Assembly (NCBI GenBank): GCA_964016885.1
Contig: OZ024741.1
Coordinates: 310,558,001 to 310,622,000 of the forward strand
DNA length: 64,000 nt
From: Eledone cirrhosa
Lineage: Eukaryota
Direction: 5' to 3'
Shown here: positions 12,146 to 24,669 of the stretch, piece after piece
Layout: every line of letters starts with the position of its first letter
How positions within the stretch are numbered: the first letter of the stretch is position 1
Made by a program: the position numbers and the translations under genes
The notes under the pieces: model-generated
The model's input: only the letters and a program-made list of their open reading frames with translations
Told to the model about the DNA's origin: nothing
Database searches by the model: none

Positions 12146-12444
12146 AAAAATAAAAAAATAAAAATGTTTTTAAAGGTTTTTTATGTATCCTTGGAGTCAT
12201 TTGAGTTCTTAAAAAATCACTTCTAACTTCCTTTATATTCCCTTACTGTTTTTATAATCTAATTAAGTAGTTATTCCTTTGTAAACTCTCGTAAATATTC
12301 ATAAATTTGGAATTATTTGGATGTATAAGTTTGGACTTACAACTATTAATAAATATTGCCAAACTTACTTTAATCAAATAAACCATACTAGATTTTCTCC
12401 AATGTAAAATACTATACATTTAAATAATTTATAATCCATAACAT

Positions 12445-12607
12445 ACCGGACACCATGCTTTGACGCATAGAATTACGGCCCTTGCCATTCTGAGTTCAAA
12501 TCCCGCCGAAGTTAACTTTGCCTTTCATCCTTACGGGGTCGATATAATAAAGTTCCAGTAATGTACTGGGTAATTGCTGGCCTTGTGCCAATAGTAGAAA
12601 TAATTAT
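12445..12607 (+). mobile_element. 5'-truncated SINE
   Basis: B box, body and 3' end of the same SINE family. Confidence 0.8.
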
Positions 12608-13305
12608 TACTATTACATCTTAATATAATATAAATACTACTGTTTTAATTTTAATTTTTAATTTTAAATTTTAATATTAATATTAAATTAAATTTTTAAT
12701 ATTAAAGTAAATTTTAATCTTTAATTTTGATTTTTAATTTTAAATCATATGTTTAAATATTTCATTTTCAATTTATCATTATAAATATTATAATCACAAC
12801 ATAATGAACCCTACATTCTGAATGTTATTCTTCCACGTTAATTTTATTTCTTCTTTCACTTCTTCTTTCACTTAGGTATATTTACGTTCTGTATATTCTT
12901 CCATTAAAATTCATTTCCTCGTTCACTTTAATTATTTTCATTATCACTATGTATAATCGTTCTTTCTTTCTTCTTCTCTCTTTCTCCTTCCTTTTCTTCT
13001 CTCTCCCTTACATATCCTCTTCTTCCAACAGTTTAATTTAAATAAAGGGTTATCTTTTCAATTTTTCGGACACTCATTTGCATACTCACTCATAACTATG
13101 TATTACCCTCAATAAAATATTATCTCCACTATCCAGGAAGCTCCAACCGTTAAGGTTGTCTTTTTCCGGGTATGTCAATATTTATTTATAAAACAAATCT
13201 GTATTTTATCCGATGAGAGCGCACCATAATTTGCCTTGGTTGCCCTTAAAATAAATATAATAAAATAAATATGGTTTTATAAATATAGTTTCCATTTATT
13301 AATAT

Positions 13306-13412
<107 letters not shown>

Positions 13413-13517
13413 GAAGAAGTTAATATGCCCATGTGTACTAAGTACCCCTAGAAATATATAGGTTGTCTATGATTTAAGGTTGTTCTATGGTATTAATTTG
13501 ACATACCAGAACTATAA

Positions 13518-14236
13518 TATTAAGATAAGCAGAACAATCAAAATTCAACCAATTTTTTAAAGTAAATTAAAAAATATAATTTAAATATTTACCTATTCTT
13601 TTGGCCCTTACCGATCGGTTTCGCTTTGTAAAACACCAGAAATACAATGGATTTCCAATGGAAAATCAAAGTTCATCAGAGAAGCATTTTCCTTTCCTAG
13701 GGCTAAAGACCCAGGAACGATAAAATATATTGTTATCTGCCAGCTAGCACAGATCCAAAAGGCCGAAGAATGACCCGTACGTGAACTGCCCGAGGTGAAA
13801 GCGGGAAAAACATAGACATGTTGTCTATCTCGTTACTAAAAATAGCAGCTAAATACAAACAACATTATTATACTCCGTTATGTTGAGAACAAATCTGTTG
13901 TTTCTATTTAGCTGCTATTTTTAGTAACGAGATAGACAACATGTCTATGTTTTTCCCGCTTTCACCTCGGGCAGTTCACGTACGGGTCATTTTTCGGCCT
14001 TTTGGATCTGTGCTAGCTGGCAGATAACAATATATTTTATCGTTCCTGGGTCTTTAGCCCTAGGAAAGGAAAATGCTTCTCTGATGAACTTTGATTTTCC
14101 ATTGGAAATCCATTGTATTTCTGGTGTTTTACAAAGCGAAACCAATCGGTAAGGGCCAAAAGAATAGGTAAATATTTAAATTATATTTTTTAATTTATTT
14201 TAAAAAATTGGTTGAATTTTGCTTGTTCTGCTTATC

Positions 14237-14243
<7 letters not shown>
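13518..14243. repeat. Near-perfect fold-back element (347-bp arms, 31-bp spacer) with an HHR in each arm
   Basis: 13518-13864 is the reverse complement of 13896-14243 with ~5 mismatches. The right end runs into (TA)n. Confidence 0.95.
14075..14156 (+). ncRNA. Type I hammerhead ribozyme (mirror copy at 13604-13685, minus strand)
   Basis: CUGAUGA, stem II CUUUG/CAAAG with a long insert, GAAA, palindromic stem III (ACCGAUCGGU in the left copy), GUA, short stem I UUCU/AGGG. Confidence 0.75.
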
Positions 14244-14304
<61 letters not shown>

Positions 14305-14305
<1 letters not shown>

Positions 14306-14405
14306 CAGGAAAGAAGAGTGACACGGGTTGCTATACAAAAAAGGCTTTTAATCTCAGATTAAAAACCTTTTTTGTATATCAAACCGTGTCACTCTTCTTC
14401 CCTGA
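14305..14405. repeat. ~100-bp hairpin (inverted repeat)
   Basis: TCAGGAAAGAAGAGTGACACGG...TTTTAATCT pairs with AGATTAAAA...CCGTGTCACTCTTCTTCCCTGA. Confidence 0.85.
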
Positions 14406-14577
14406 ATTATTATTACTCCAAGTGTTTACAACATAGGAATTACAGCGTACTCACAGCATCACTATGGAAACGCCTTGTTGAGCCAAACTTATCCAAGCGT
14501 TGATATCATCCACTACTCGGAGTACCATAACTGGACTACACCGAAGTGGACTACCTATAACAATAATTTGTTACGCC

Positions 14578-14655
<78 letters not shown>

Positions 14656-14656
14656 G

Positions 14657-14688
<32 letters not shown>

Positions 14689-14766
14689 CATATACATATA
14701 TGTATCGATATAGATATATATATATATATTAAATAGGTAAGAAGCATCAATATCAATTTTATATAC

Positions 14767-14898
14767 CTTGGCAGTTTATACCCTTATAACCTTCATCACA
14801 TCCATCAAAACATGTTCCATATCGATTGTCACAGTTAAAGTTGTTGACACAATGGCATGTCCCTTCACAAGCAACACCAAACTTTCCAAATTGGCATT
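14767..14898 (-). CDS. EGF/laminin-EGF exon (132 bp, phase 1-1): [44 protein letters not shown]
   Basis: ttttcag acceptor, gtatat donor, 8 conserved Cys, paralogous to the exons at 35-43 kb. Not in the ORF track. Confidence 0.9.
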
Positions 14899-15270
14899 CT
14901 GAAAATATCAGTATATATGATAATGTTGAAGTTATAATTAATTACATACAGATATAAACATGTTATCAATGTTATACCATATCAATAAGATTAAATATAA
15001 GTTTAAAGTGGTGATAAACAAATGAGTCTGAATACAACTATTAAATAATATATTGATACAGTACATTTCAGAGAGAGGTTTTAAATTTGTGTAAAAGCAT
15101 AAAAAGTAATTTTACAATATCTTATGAACTCATGGAACAAATGAACATATAATTAGAAACATTGCATGTACAAATATCAGAATTCTTTCCTTGAGTCAGT
15201 TCTTCTATAATTATTAGTGATATTCTTACATTTAACGACAATAATTCAATATATATATATATATATATAT

Positions 15271-16430
<1,160 letters not shown>

Positions 16431-17206
16431 CGTTTCTGAATTTGTTTAGCAAGATTCTTTATCTGAAAACGTGTGTTGAAACCGATATTGTTATACTTTG
16501 GGAGGGTCATGTTGCCAATGAGAAACACACGCACCAGAAGTTTCACTTCAATTTATTATAAATTAAATTTATAAATTTAGGAATTTATAAATTTTCGGTT
16601 GGTTGCTTGGTTCCAAAACCAGACGATTGTTAATATATTGTCAAAGTTCTTAAGTCACACATTCTGTGACCTCTTCAGTGACTGGGATTCTTTTCTTTGT
16701 TTTGTGCCGCTCCTTTGTTCTGTCCAACGCCATCTTGTATTTGTGTGTGTGTGTTGATTAATTCAACAACAACAACACATATACAAACACGGCAACAGTA
16801 CAATCGACTATGATGAATTATCGATATTACAGCTACCACCTAAATATGCCACATATAATAAGGTAAATATGATAAAATGCTTGTCAGAAATAGAAAAATC
16901 ATTTACAAAATTTTGTTGGAGCCTCAAAAACAAAAATAAAAAGAAAAGTAACTCCATACGCACACACACACACACACATACAACACACATCCCAACAACA
17001 ACAGACACACAGACACAAACAACGATAACAACAACACACACATCAACATCAACAATAATAACATACTCAGAAACAACAACAACAGACACGCAGACACAAA
17101 CAACAATAACAACACACACACCAATAATAACATACACGGAGACAACAACAACAACACACATCAACAACAGCACACATCAACAACAACAACAACACACACA
17201 CATTCT

Positions 17207-19780
17207 ATGCCTCTCACCACCACCACAATCTTAAAAAACACACAGACACAGAAAACAGGTAATGACAGTAACACAGAAATAAGGGAAGGTAATAGGATTG
17301 AAAGGAGAAGGGAGACTATCAATACTGACAGAGAAAATAACCAGAACGAACACACAGACACACAAAATAGAATAGATAATAACAATGAGCCAGAGGAAAG
17401 AGACAGGAGTAATAATGAGAGACATAGAAACAACCATGAGTCTGTTGGTGGAAATAGAAATAGAAACAACACAACTAACAACGACAATAGCAATAGTACA
17501 CATAACGCAGCAGCCTGGAACTCTACTTTTTATAATCCTTCCGATAAGTCTTTCGACCTACGACGAGTCCACGCCACGACTTTAGCTTTTAACAAACGCA
17601 CGCAATTGCCGTCGCAGGTCGATGAACAAACAGAAGCACAATTTAGTATAGCTAGATCTAAACTTAGAAATATTATAGAACAGTATAGCAAGAAGCAAAG
17701 TAGAATGGAGACCCAGCAACTGGGAGAAAAATCTGCAAATGGCTTGCGTAAGCTCATGCGGCGCTCGCGTAATGGAGAGATTGCATGCTTTCCAACAGAC
17801 AAGTCTGGCAGAATGTCGGTTGACAGTCTGTCAAACTACATCCAGGCAATGCAACCCCACATCACTAACACAAGTAAAGTAACACCACAAGAGCATGAGG
17901 ATAGGGAAACAACCCTCAATGCTCATATGATGATGTGGAAAAATATAATGCAGACCAACAAAAGGACTGCCAACAACTTCCAGGCCTGGAACAATGACGT
18001 GCCAGCGTTGTTTGGGCTTCGAAAAGACCATAAAACGAGCAGTGACCCTGTCACAGGACCACCAACACGGCCAGTCTGTGGAGCTAACATTGCTAGTATC
18101 TACAGACTTTCCTACTTCCTCTCCCTGATCATACGCCCCATCATTGAAATGTCCCCAGATATATGTGACAGCACGGAGGACCTCCTCAGCAGAATCGGCG
18201 ATAGAAACCGATCTAGGGACCTAACAAACTGCATAATAGGTAGTATGGATGTTGTGTCCCTGTATCCATCTATTGACGTGGATTTTGCTGTGGAGAAATT
18301 CGTAGAAATGATCAGTGAGAGCAATGTTGAATTCCGTGGGATTGATACCAGTGAGCTGGGACTCCTACTTAAACTTACCTATAGTAATGATTATCTCGAT
18401 ACGTATGACCTTAGCAACCTGTGCCCTACAAGACCAGAAAGAGGCAGACCACTTACCAATACCTCAATGGCCAAGAAAACCCACACAGATAGATGGAACG
18501 TGTGGACCAGAGCCATACGGACCCCCGAAAACCACGATGAACTAAAGAAAATGACTGCACATGCGATGGGAGCCAGTATAAAATTAACCCTTAAGGAATA
18601 TATGTTCAAATTTAATGGAAAAACATATGCCCAAGAGGAGGGAGCAACCATTGGTGTTAGCATTGCAGGTAACATAGCTAACCTATTCATGGTATGGTGG
18701 GACAATAGACTTAAACTTAAACTTAAAGAACAATTAGAAGACAGCAACCTCTTAACCCTGATAATGTACTTCTGCTACGTTGATGATATAAACATCGTAC
18801 TAAAAACACCCCCACTAGAGAACAGTCACGAATTAGAGAAAAACAACATGGAAAGCATCCAGTAAATAGCTAACTCCATCCACCAGAGTATTAGAGTTAC
18901 TATAGACTACCCAAGAAAACACCCCAACCATCGATTACCTGTGCTAGGCACAGAGTTCTGGTTAAATACCATTAATAACAAAAAACAAATCCTCCATTCC
19001 TATTATGCCAAACCCATGACTTCCAAATATCTGATCCACCGAAACTCAGCTGTTTCGGACCCAACCAAAATCAACATACTGATTGCGGATTTGGTACGGG
19101 TGATGAGAAACGTGTCCCGCATGTGCAATCCCGAAGAACTAGAGAGACACATACAACACTTCAGCCACCGTATGCAGTTCTCTGGTTACAAACAGAGAGA
19201 TAAAATCAGAGTATATAGAGGAGCCAGAACCAAATGGGAAAAAATGGTAAATAATGATACAAATGGGACCTGCCCCTTGTATAGGAGCAAATTTTGGAAT
19301 AGAATAGAAAGAACTAGGAATAAGGTTAATAGAATAAACTCATGGTATGATAGCAATAAATACCAGAGTGTAATGTTCATCGATACAACTCCTAGAGGTG
19401 AATTAGCTTACAAATTTAGAAGGGCCCTAGATAAACATAAACTCAATATTAAGATAGTAGAAAGACAAGGTACCTCCATAAAAACACTTATTAGCAATAC
19501 ATACCCTTTTCAAAGACCTCCCTGTATAGATAAGAAATGTATAATCTGTAAATTAAGCCCCCATATTAACTGTAAAACTAGAAATGCAGTCTATAGCATA
19601 AGATGTACTGAAGGACAATGTAGAGATAAGAATATAGTGTACATAGGTGAGACAGCTCGTAGTACAGGGGAACGGATAAATGAACACTGGCGAGAGCTTC
19701 AAGATAGTAAAGAATCATCTGTACTCCACCAACATGCTAAAATAGAACATAAGTGTAAATTAGAGAACATAGAAATATAA
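17207..19780 (+). pseudogene. PLE RT + GIY-YIG ORF with an in-frame stop at 18863-18865
   Basis: TDKSGR, LRKDHK, TRPV, SMDVVSLYPSI, YVDDI, YAKPM, CKTRNAVYSIRC..C..VYIGETARS. Both ORF pieces are in the same frame, and the paralog at 34 kb reads MESIQQ where this copy reads MESIQ*. Confidence 0.9.
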
Positions 19781-20046
19781 ATAGAATCTCCAACCAAAAT
19801 TAAATAGAAAACATGAATCGAACTGCAACATCACAACTTACAATTAAGGACAAAATGAAAGCACACACACACATAGAACAAACAACCAACCGGTAACATG
19901 TAAATAAACAAATAAATAAACAAATATAAACACACACAGACACCCGGATGTAACACACGCGCAAACTAAGCACACAACACACACAAAAACAAGATGGCGT
20001 AGGACAGAACAAAGCAGAGGCACACAAACAAAGAAAAGAATCCCCA

Positions 20047-20089
20047 GTCACTGAAGAGGTCACAGAATGTGTGACGAAAGAACTTTGAC
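20047..20089 (+). ncRNA. Minimal type I HHR in pLTR
   Basis: GUCA-CUGAAGA-G-GUCACA/UGUGAC-GAAA-GAAC-UU-UGAC. The inverted copy near 16640-16683 has a damaged GAAA. Confidence 0.7.
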
Positions 20090-20243
20090 AATATATGAAC
20101 AATTGTCTGGTTGAGGAACCAATCAACCAACCGGAAATTTATAAATTGCTAAATTTATAAATTTAATTTATAATAAATTGAAGTGAAAGCTACTGGTGCG
20201 TGTGTTTCTCATTGGCAACATGACCCTCCCAAAGTATAACAAT

Positions 20244-20324
<81 letters not shown>

Positions 20325-20330
20325 TATATA

Positions 20331-20858
20331 GTTTAGCGAGGCTATTTATATGAAATCGTGTGTCGAAACAAATATTGTTATACTTGGGGAGGGTCATATT
20401 TGTGTAATATTGCCAGAATTAATAACAGACACAACACTATACACACTAGTCACACAGCAAACGCAACACTATACACACACGCAAACGCATGCGCAAAGAA
20501 GACAAAATAAAATAAACAAACAAGCAAATAAATAAATAAATATATAGACAGACTGAATAAAAAATGGCGTAGACATACAATACAACAGGAGAAAAAAATA
20601 TAACACCACTGACGATGTTGCAGATGTGCAACGAAAGATTTATGTAAATTATGTAAACTATATATATGTGTTTGTGTCTATATTGTATCTGTATTATTTT
20701 TGACCGTCGGTCAGTCAATGGCAACATTGAGGACCGATTAAGTTAGATCGCAGATATAAAAGACAGCGAGAAGCGAAAACCAACCAAACAGTGAGTGTGT
20801 TCTGTTATTAATTCTGGCAATATTACACAAAAATGACCCTCCCCAAGTATAACAACAT
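20331..20858 (+). mobile_element. Short PLE 3' end (same family as 33087-34760) with a ~55-bp inverted terminal copy and an HHR at ~20607-20644
   Basis: Reverse complement of 33087-33520. HHR reads CUGACGA-U-GUUGC/GCAAC-GAAA-GAUUUA. Flanked by (TA)n. Confidence 0.85.
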
Positions 20859-21023
20859 ATATATATATATTATTAGAAATGTATTCTATCGCCGTATTTT
20901 GACTAAAGAAATTAAAGAAATTATTTAGCCTGATAGTGGGGTTAAGAACCCTTGGAGAAATTGAAAAAGGCGAGTATTGACGTACATGGGAGTCGAAAAT
21001 ATTCTTACACACACACACACACG

Positions 21024-21076
<53 letters not shown>

Positions 21077-21079
21077 GTG

Positions 21080-21494
21080 TTATGTAAGCGACAATCTCGC
21101 TGCTTTTAGACAATAGCGTATGGTCTTCAAATTGCTTTTAATTAAGCATAGTGTATTGCAAAATACACTATATATACATTCATATATATATCGCTATTTC
21201 AGAGCACCAATTCTAATTTTCAATTTCTGTTGGGCCGGCTACCGCTCTGTAAAATCAGTTCCTGATTGTTACTGGAATTCTATAAGAATCCAACACACAT
21301 AATTTTTGGCAGACGGGGGGAGTAGTGATTTTTGAAGTGTATCAAAAAGTACAAAACAGCGTTGTCAACTTATCTCCCCCTGTCTTCCGAAAATATAAAT
21401 AAGCGACAATGTCCCTACTTTAAAACAATAGCGTATGGTCTTCAAAATGCTTTTAATTAACATACAGTGTATTGCAAAATACACTATATATACA

Positions 21495-21500
<6 letters not shown>
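21080..21500 (+). repeat. Diverged continuation of the 320-bp satellite
   Basis: Same unit as 15271-16290, ending again in an expanded (TA)n. Confidence 0.85.
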
Positions 21501-21545
<45 letters not shown>

Positions 21546-21548
<3 letters not shown>

Positions 21549-22712
21549 CAGTCTGGTTCAACCGGATTGGTCTGTCCCAGTCATTCATTGAGCAACATCG
21601 GTGAAGTTGGCACCCTTAACTCATGGTTGGGTGCGGATGCATTCATGTATATGTGTGTGTCCGCATGTATCTGTGTGTTTCTAAATATATTGTTAATAAC
21701 TCCCTCTGGTCGAGCAATCTTTGAAGTGTGGGGACTGCTGGAAAGCTTTCATTACTCATACTTCTCGCCTCCTTCACCACCTCTTCTACGGCTTCGATAT
21801 AAATACCCCCTCCGCCTCCGTGGTATTTTCTTCGGGGTTATAAGAGGCTTAGCTCTGTTTCTCGACCGTTATATCGCGTGACTATCTCCCCCTCCGCCTT
21901 TTGGGATTCTTTCTCACGTTGTGGAGACGCGTTCTTGAGACTAGTAAAATGAGGTATCCTCTTGATAAGTCGGCAGACCTCGCAAGGACTCTATATCTTT
22001 ATGATATATTGTTTTTGTTTATGCCACGAAACTACGTAGTCGAGGAATCTAGGAGCAGTTTAGGTATGATACATTTTATTACTAATTATATCTAAATGTT
22101 TCTTCTCTCTTCATAATGTATTTTTAACTCTGATACTGGTTCAGTCTGGTTCAACCGGATTGGTCTGTCCCAGTCATTCATTGAGCAACATCGGTGAAGT
22201 TGGCACCCTTAACTCATGGTTGGGTGCGGATGCATTCATGTATATGTGTGTGTCCGCATGTATCTGTGTGTTTCTAAATATATTGTTAATAACTCCCTCT
22301 GGTCGAGCAATCTTTGAAGTGTGGGGACTGCTGGAAAGCTTTCATTACTCATACTTCTCGCCTCCTTCACCACCTCTTCTACGGCTTCGATATAAATACC
22401 CCCTCCGCCTCCGTGGTATTTTCTTCGGGGTTATAAGAGGCTTAGCTCTGTTTCTCGACCGTTATATCGCGTGACTATCTCCCCCTCCGCCTTTTGGGAT
22501 TCTTTCTCACGTTGTGGAGACGCGTTCTTGAGACTAGTAAAATGAGGTATCCTCTTGATAAGTCGGCAGACCTCGCAAGGACTCTATATCTTTATGATAT
22601 ATTGTTTTTGTTTATGCCACGAAACTACGTAGTCGAGGAATCTAGGAGCAGTTTAGGTATGATACATTTTATTACTAATTATATCTAAATGTTTCTTCTC
22701 TCTTCATAATGT
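21546..22712 (+). mobile_element. Tandem pair of 593-bp HHR-containing non-coding units (retrozyme- or pLTR-like)
   Basis: 21546-22138 is repeated essentially identically from 22139. HHRs at 21957-22046 and 22550-22639. (TA)n lies on both sides. Confidence 0.85.
21957..22046 (+). ncRNA. Type I HHR, U3:A8 variant (second copy 22550-22639)
   Basis: UCCUC-UUGAUAA-GU(C)GGCA...UGCCAC-GAAA-CUACGUAG (palindrome)-UC-GAGGA. Confidence 0.8.
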
Positions 22713-22741
22713 ATATATATATATATATATATGTATATACG

Positions 22742-22773
<32 letters not shown>

Positions 22774-22775
22774 CG

Positions 22776-22809
<34 letters not shown>

Positions 22810-23204
22810 CGTATATATATATATATACGTATATATATGTATATATATATACATATATGTATATGTATATATATATATATACAAACATAAATTATCGAGA
22901 ATCGCATTTCGGCCCACGAAATAACGAAAAACAACCTCCGAGATGTGAGGCAAGTGCTCAATGATTCAGATGAACCAGAGCTATAACAAACGTTAAAGGC
23001 CAAACACACTGAGACGATGGTTAAACAATCATTCGCATAGCCAAAAAAAAAAAACAATCAAGTAATTCGGGTATTGAAAATTTACCCGGACCCCTGGAAG
23101 GTTGGTAAAATCCAGTATTTGGGTTTCTGCGGCTCCTAAATCAAGTACCGTCCGCTTACATAAATAATGTCAGGCTTCTGGTAAGATGATTGAACAAGGA
23201 AGCC

Positions 23205-23283
<79 letters not shown>

Positions 23284-23294
23284 ATGTATATACG

Positions 23295-23328
<34 letters not shown>

Positions 23329-23351
23329 CGTATATATATGTATATATATAT

Positions 23352-23408
<57 letters not shown>

Positions 23409-23503
23409 TTTTGAGTTTATGTTGCTTGTATACCAACACCTCAGTATGCAGGCTGGAGCACTCGACGAAGTGCGCAGGTTGGTTTGGTTACTCCGGAGTA
23501 GTG

Positions 23504-23930
23504 TAAAATAAAGTTAAATAAAAGTCAAATGATTACAATTTAGCTTCGTTTATTACTGCTATATATATTTCAGTGACAGCCATCTTTGGCTGTGACCTCT
23601 TCAGGCAGTTTGAATTAGTATGGTATAGACAAGTACATATGTTGTTTTGGTGTATAATATTGTTAATACTCTGATATGCCCAGTTCCTAGTTGGGTTGTT
23701 AATTCACTGAGGAACTGGAGTCATATGATATCAGTGAATTAACAACCCAACTAGGAACTGGGAATATCAGAGTATTGACAATATTATACACCTAAACAAC
23801 ATATGCACTTGTCTATACCATACTAATTCAAACTGCCTGAAGAGGTCACAGCCAAAGATGGCTGTCACTGAAATATATATAGCAGTAATAAACGAAGCTA
23901 AATTTTAATCATTTGACTTTTATTTAACTT

Positions 23931-23937
<7 letters not shown>
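23504..23937. repeat. Fold-back element (207-bp arms, 20-bp spacer) with an HHR in each arm
   Basis: 23504-23710 is the reverse complement of 23731-23937 with ~5 mismatches. The right end merges into (TA)n. Confidence 0.95.
23832..23886 (+). ncRNA. Minimal type I HHR (mirror copy at 23555-23609, minus strand)
   Basis: ACUGC-CUGAAGA-stem II ACAGCC/GGCUGU-GAAA-UAUAUA-UA-GCAGU, then AAUAAA. Confidence 0.8.
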
Positions 23938-23963
<26 letters not shown>

Positions 23964-23966
23964 CTT

Positions 23967-24001
<35 letters not shown>

Positions 24002-24049
24002 TATACATACACACACACACACGCACACGCACACGCACACACACACACA

Positions 24050-24221
<172 letters not shown>

Positions 24222-24669
24222 CATACATATATATATAATTAGATGCATTATATATTAATAAAAAATAATTTCTCAGCGAAATATGTGCAACGGAATTTAG
24301 TAAACCTGAATCAACTGAATATGGCCTCCGATATTTTATTAATATATGTATGATGGCTGAAATTCGATTTCGAATATTGTCTTCGCTTGATACTTAAGCA
24401 TGTGCATCACGCACATGGCTTTTCAGTCATGCTAGGGACTTGCCTATCACCAGCAATACCATGTAAAGCAAAAAATGTCACTTATTCAGCGATACTTATG
24501 CATGAAGCTATTTTAAGCGATGAAACTCTTTGCCCGGAGCCAATCCCACTCTCTGAAATTTGAATGCATTTGACCAAAAAGTAGAACTGGTCTACATCAT
24601 TTGCAGGGTTTATGTCAGAGTCACCTTCTCCTAGAGAGCTGTCTTAATGAAGACTAGGATTCTCTCGAT

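Noticed and set aside
14475-14756. Many ORFs made of YIYI, CVCV, HTHT or LSLS runs (also at 16.2, 22.7, 23.2, 24.0, 30.4, 35.0, 36.4, 40.8 and 50.4 kb)
   Set aside because: These are translations of (TA)n, (CA)n and (GA)n microsatellites.
21435-21881. 148-aa and 104-aa duplicated ORFs; likewise the 85-132 aa ORFs at 58.1-59.7 kb
   Set aside because: Chance ORFs in repeated non-coding HHR units with no recognisable domain. The 58-59 kb ones change with indels between units.
24420-24650. Possible additional exon of the receptor gene
   Set aside because: No Cys pattern and no matching splice-site pair with an open frame was recognised.
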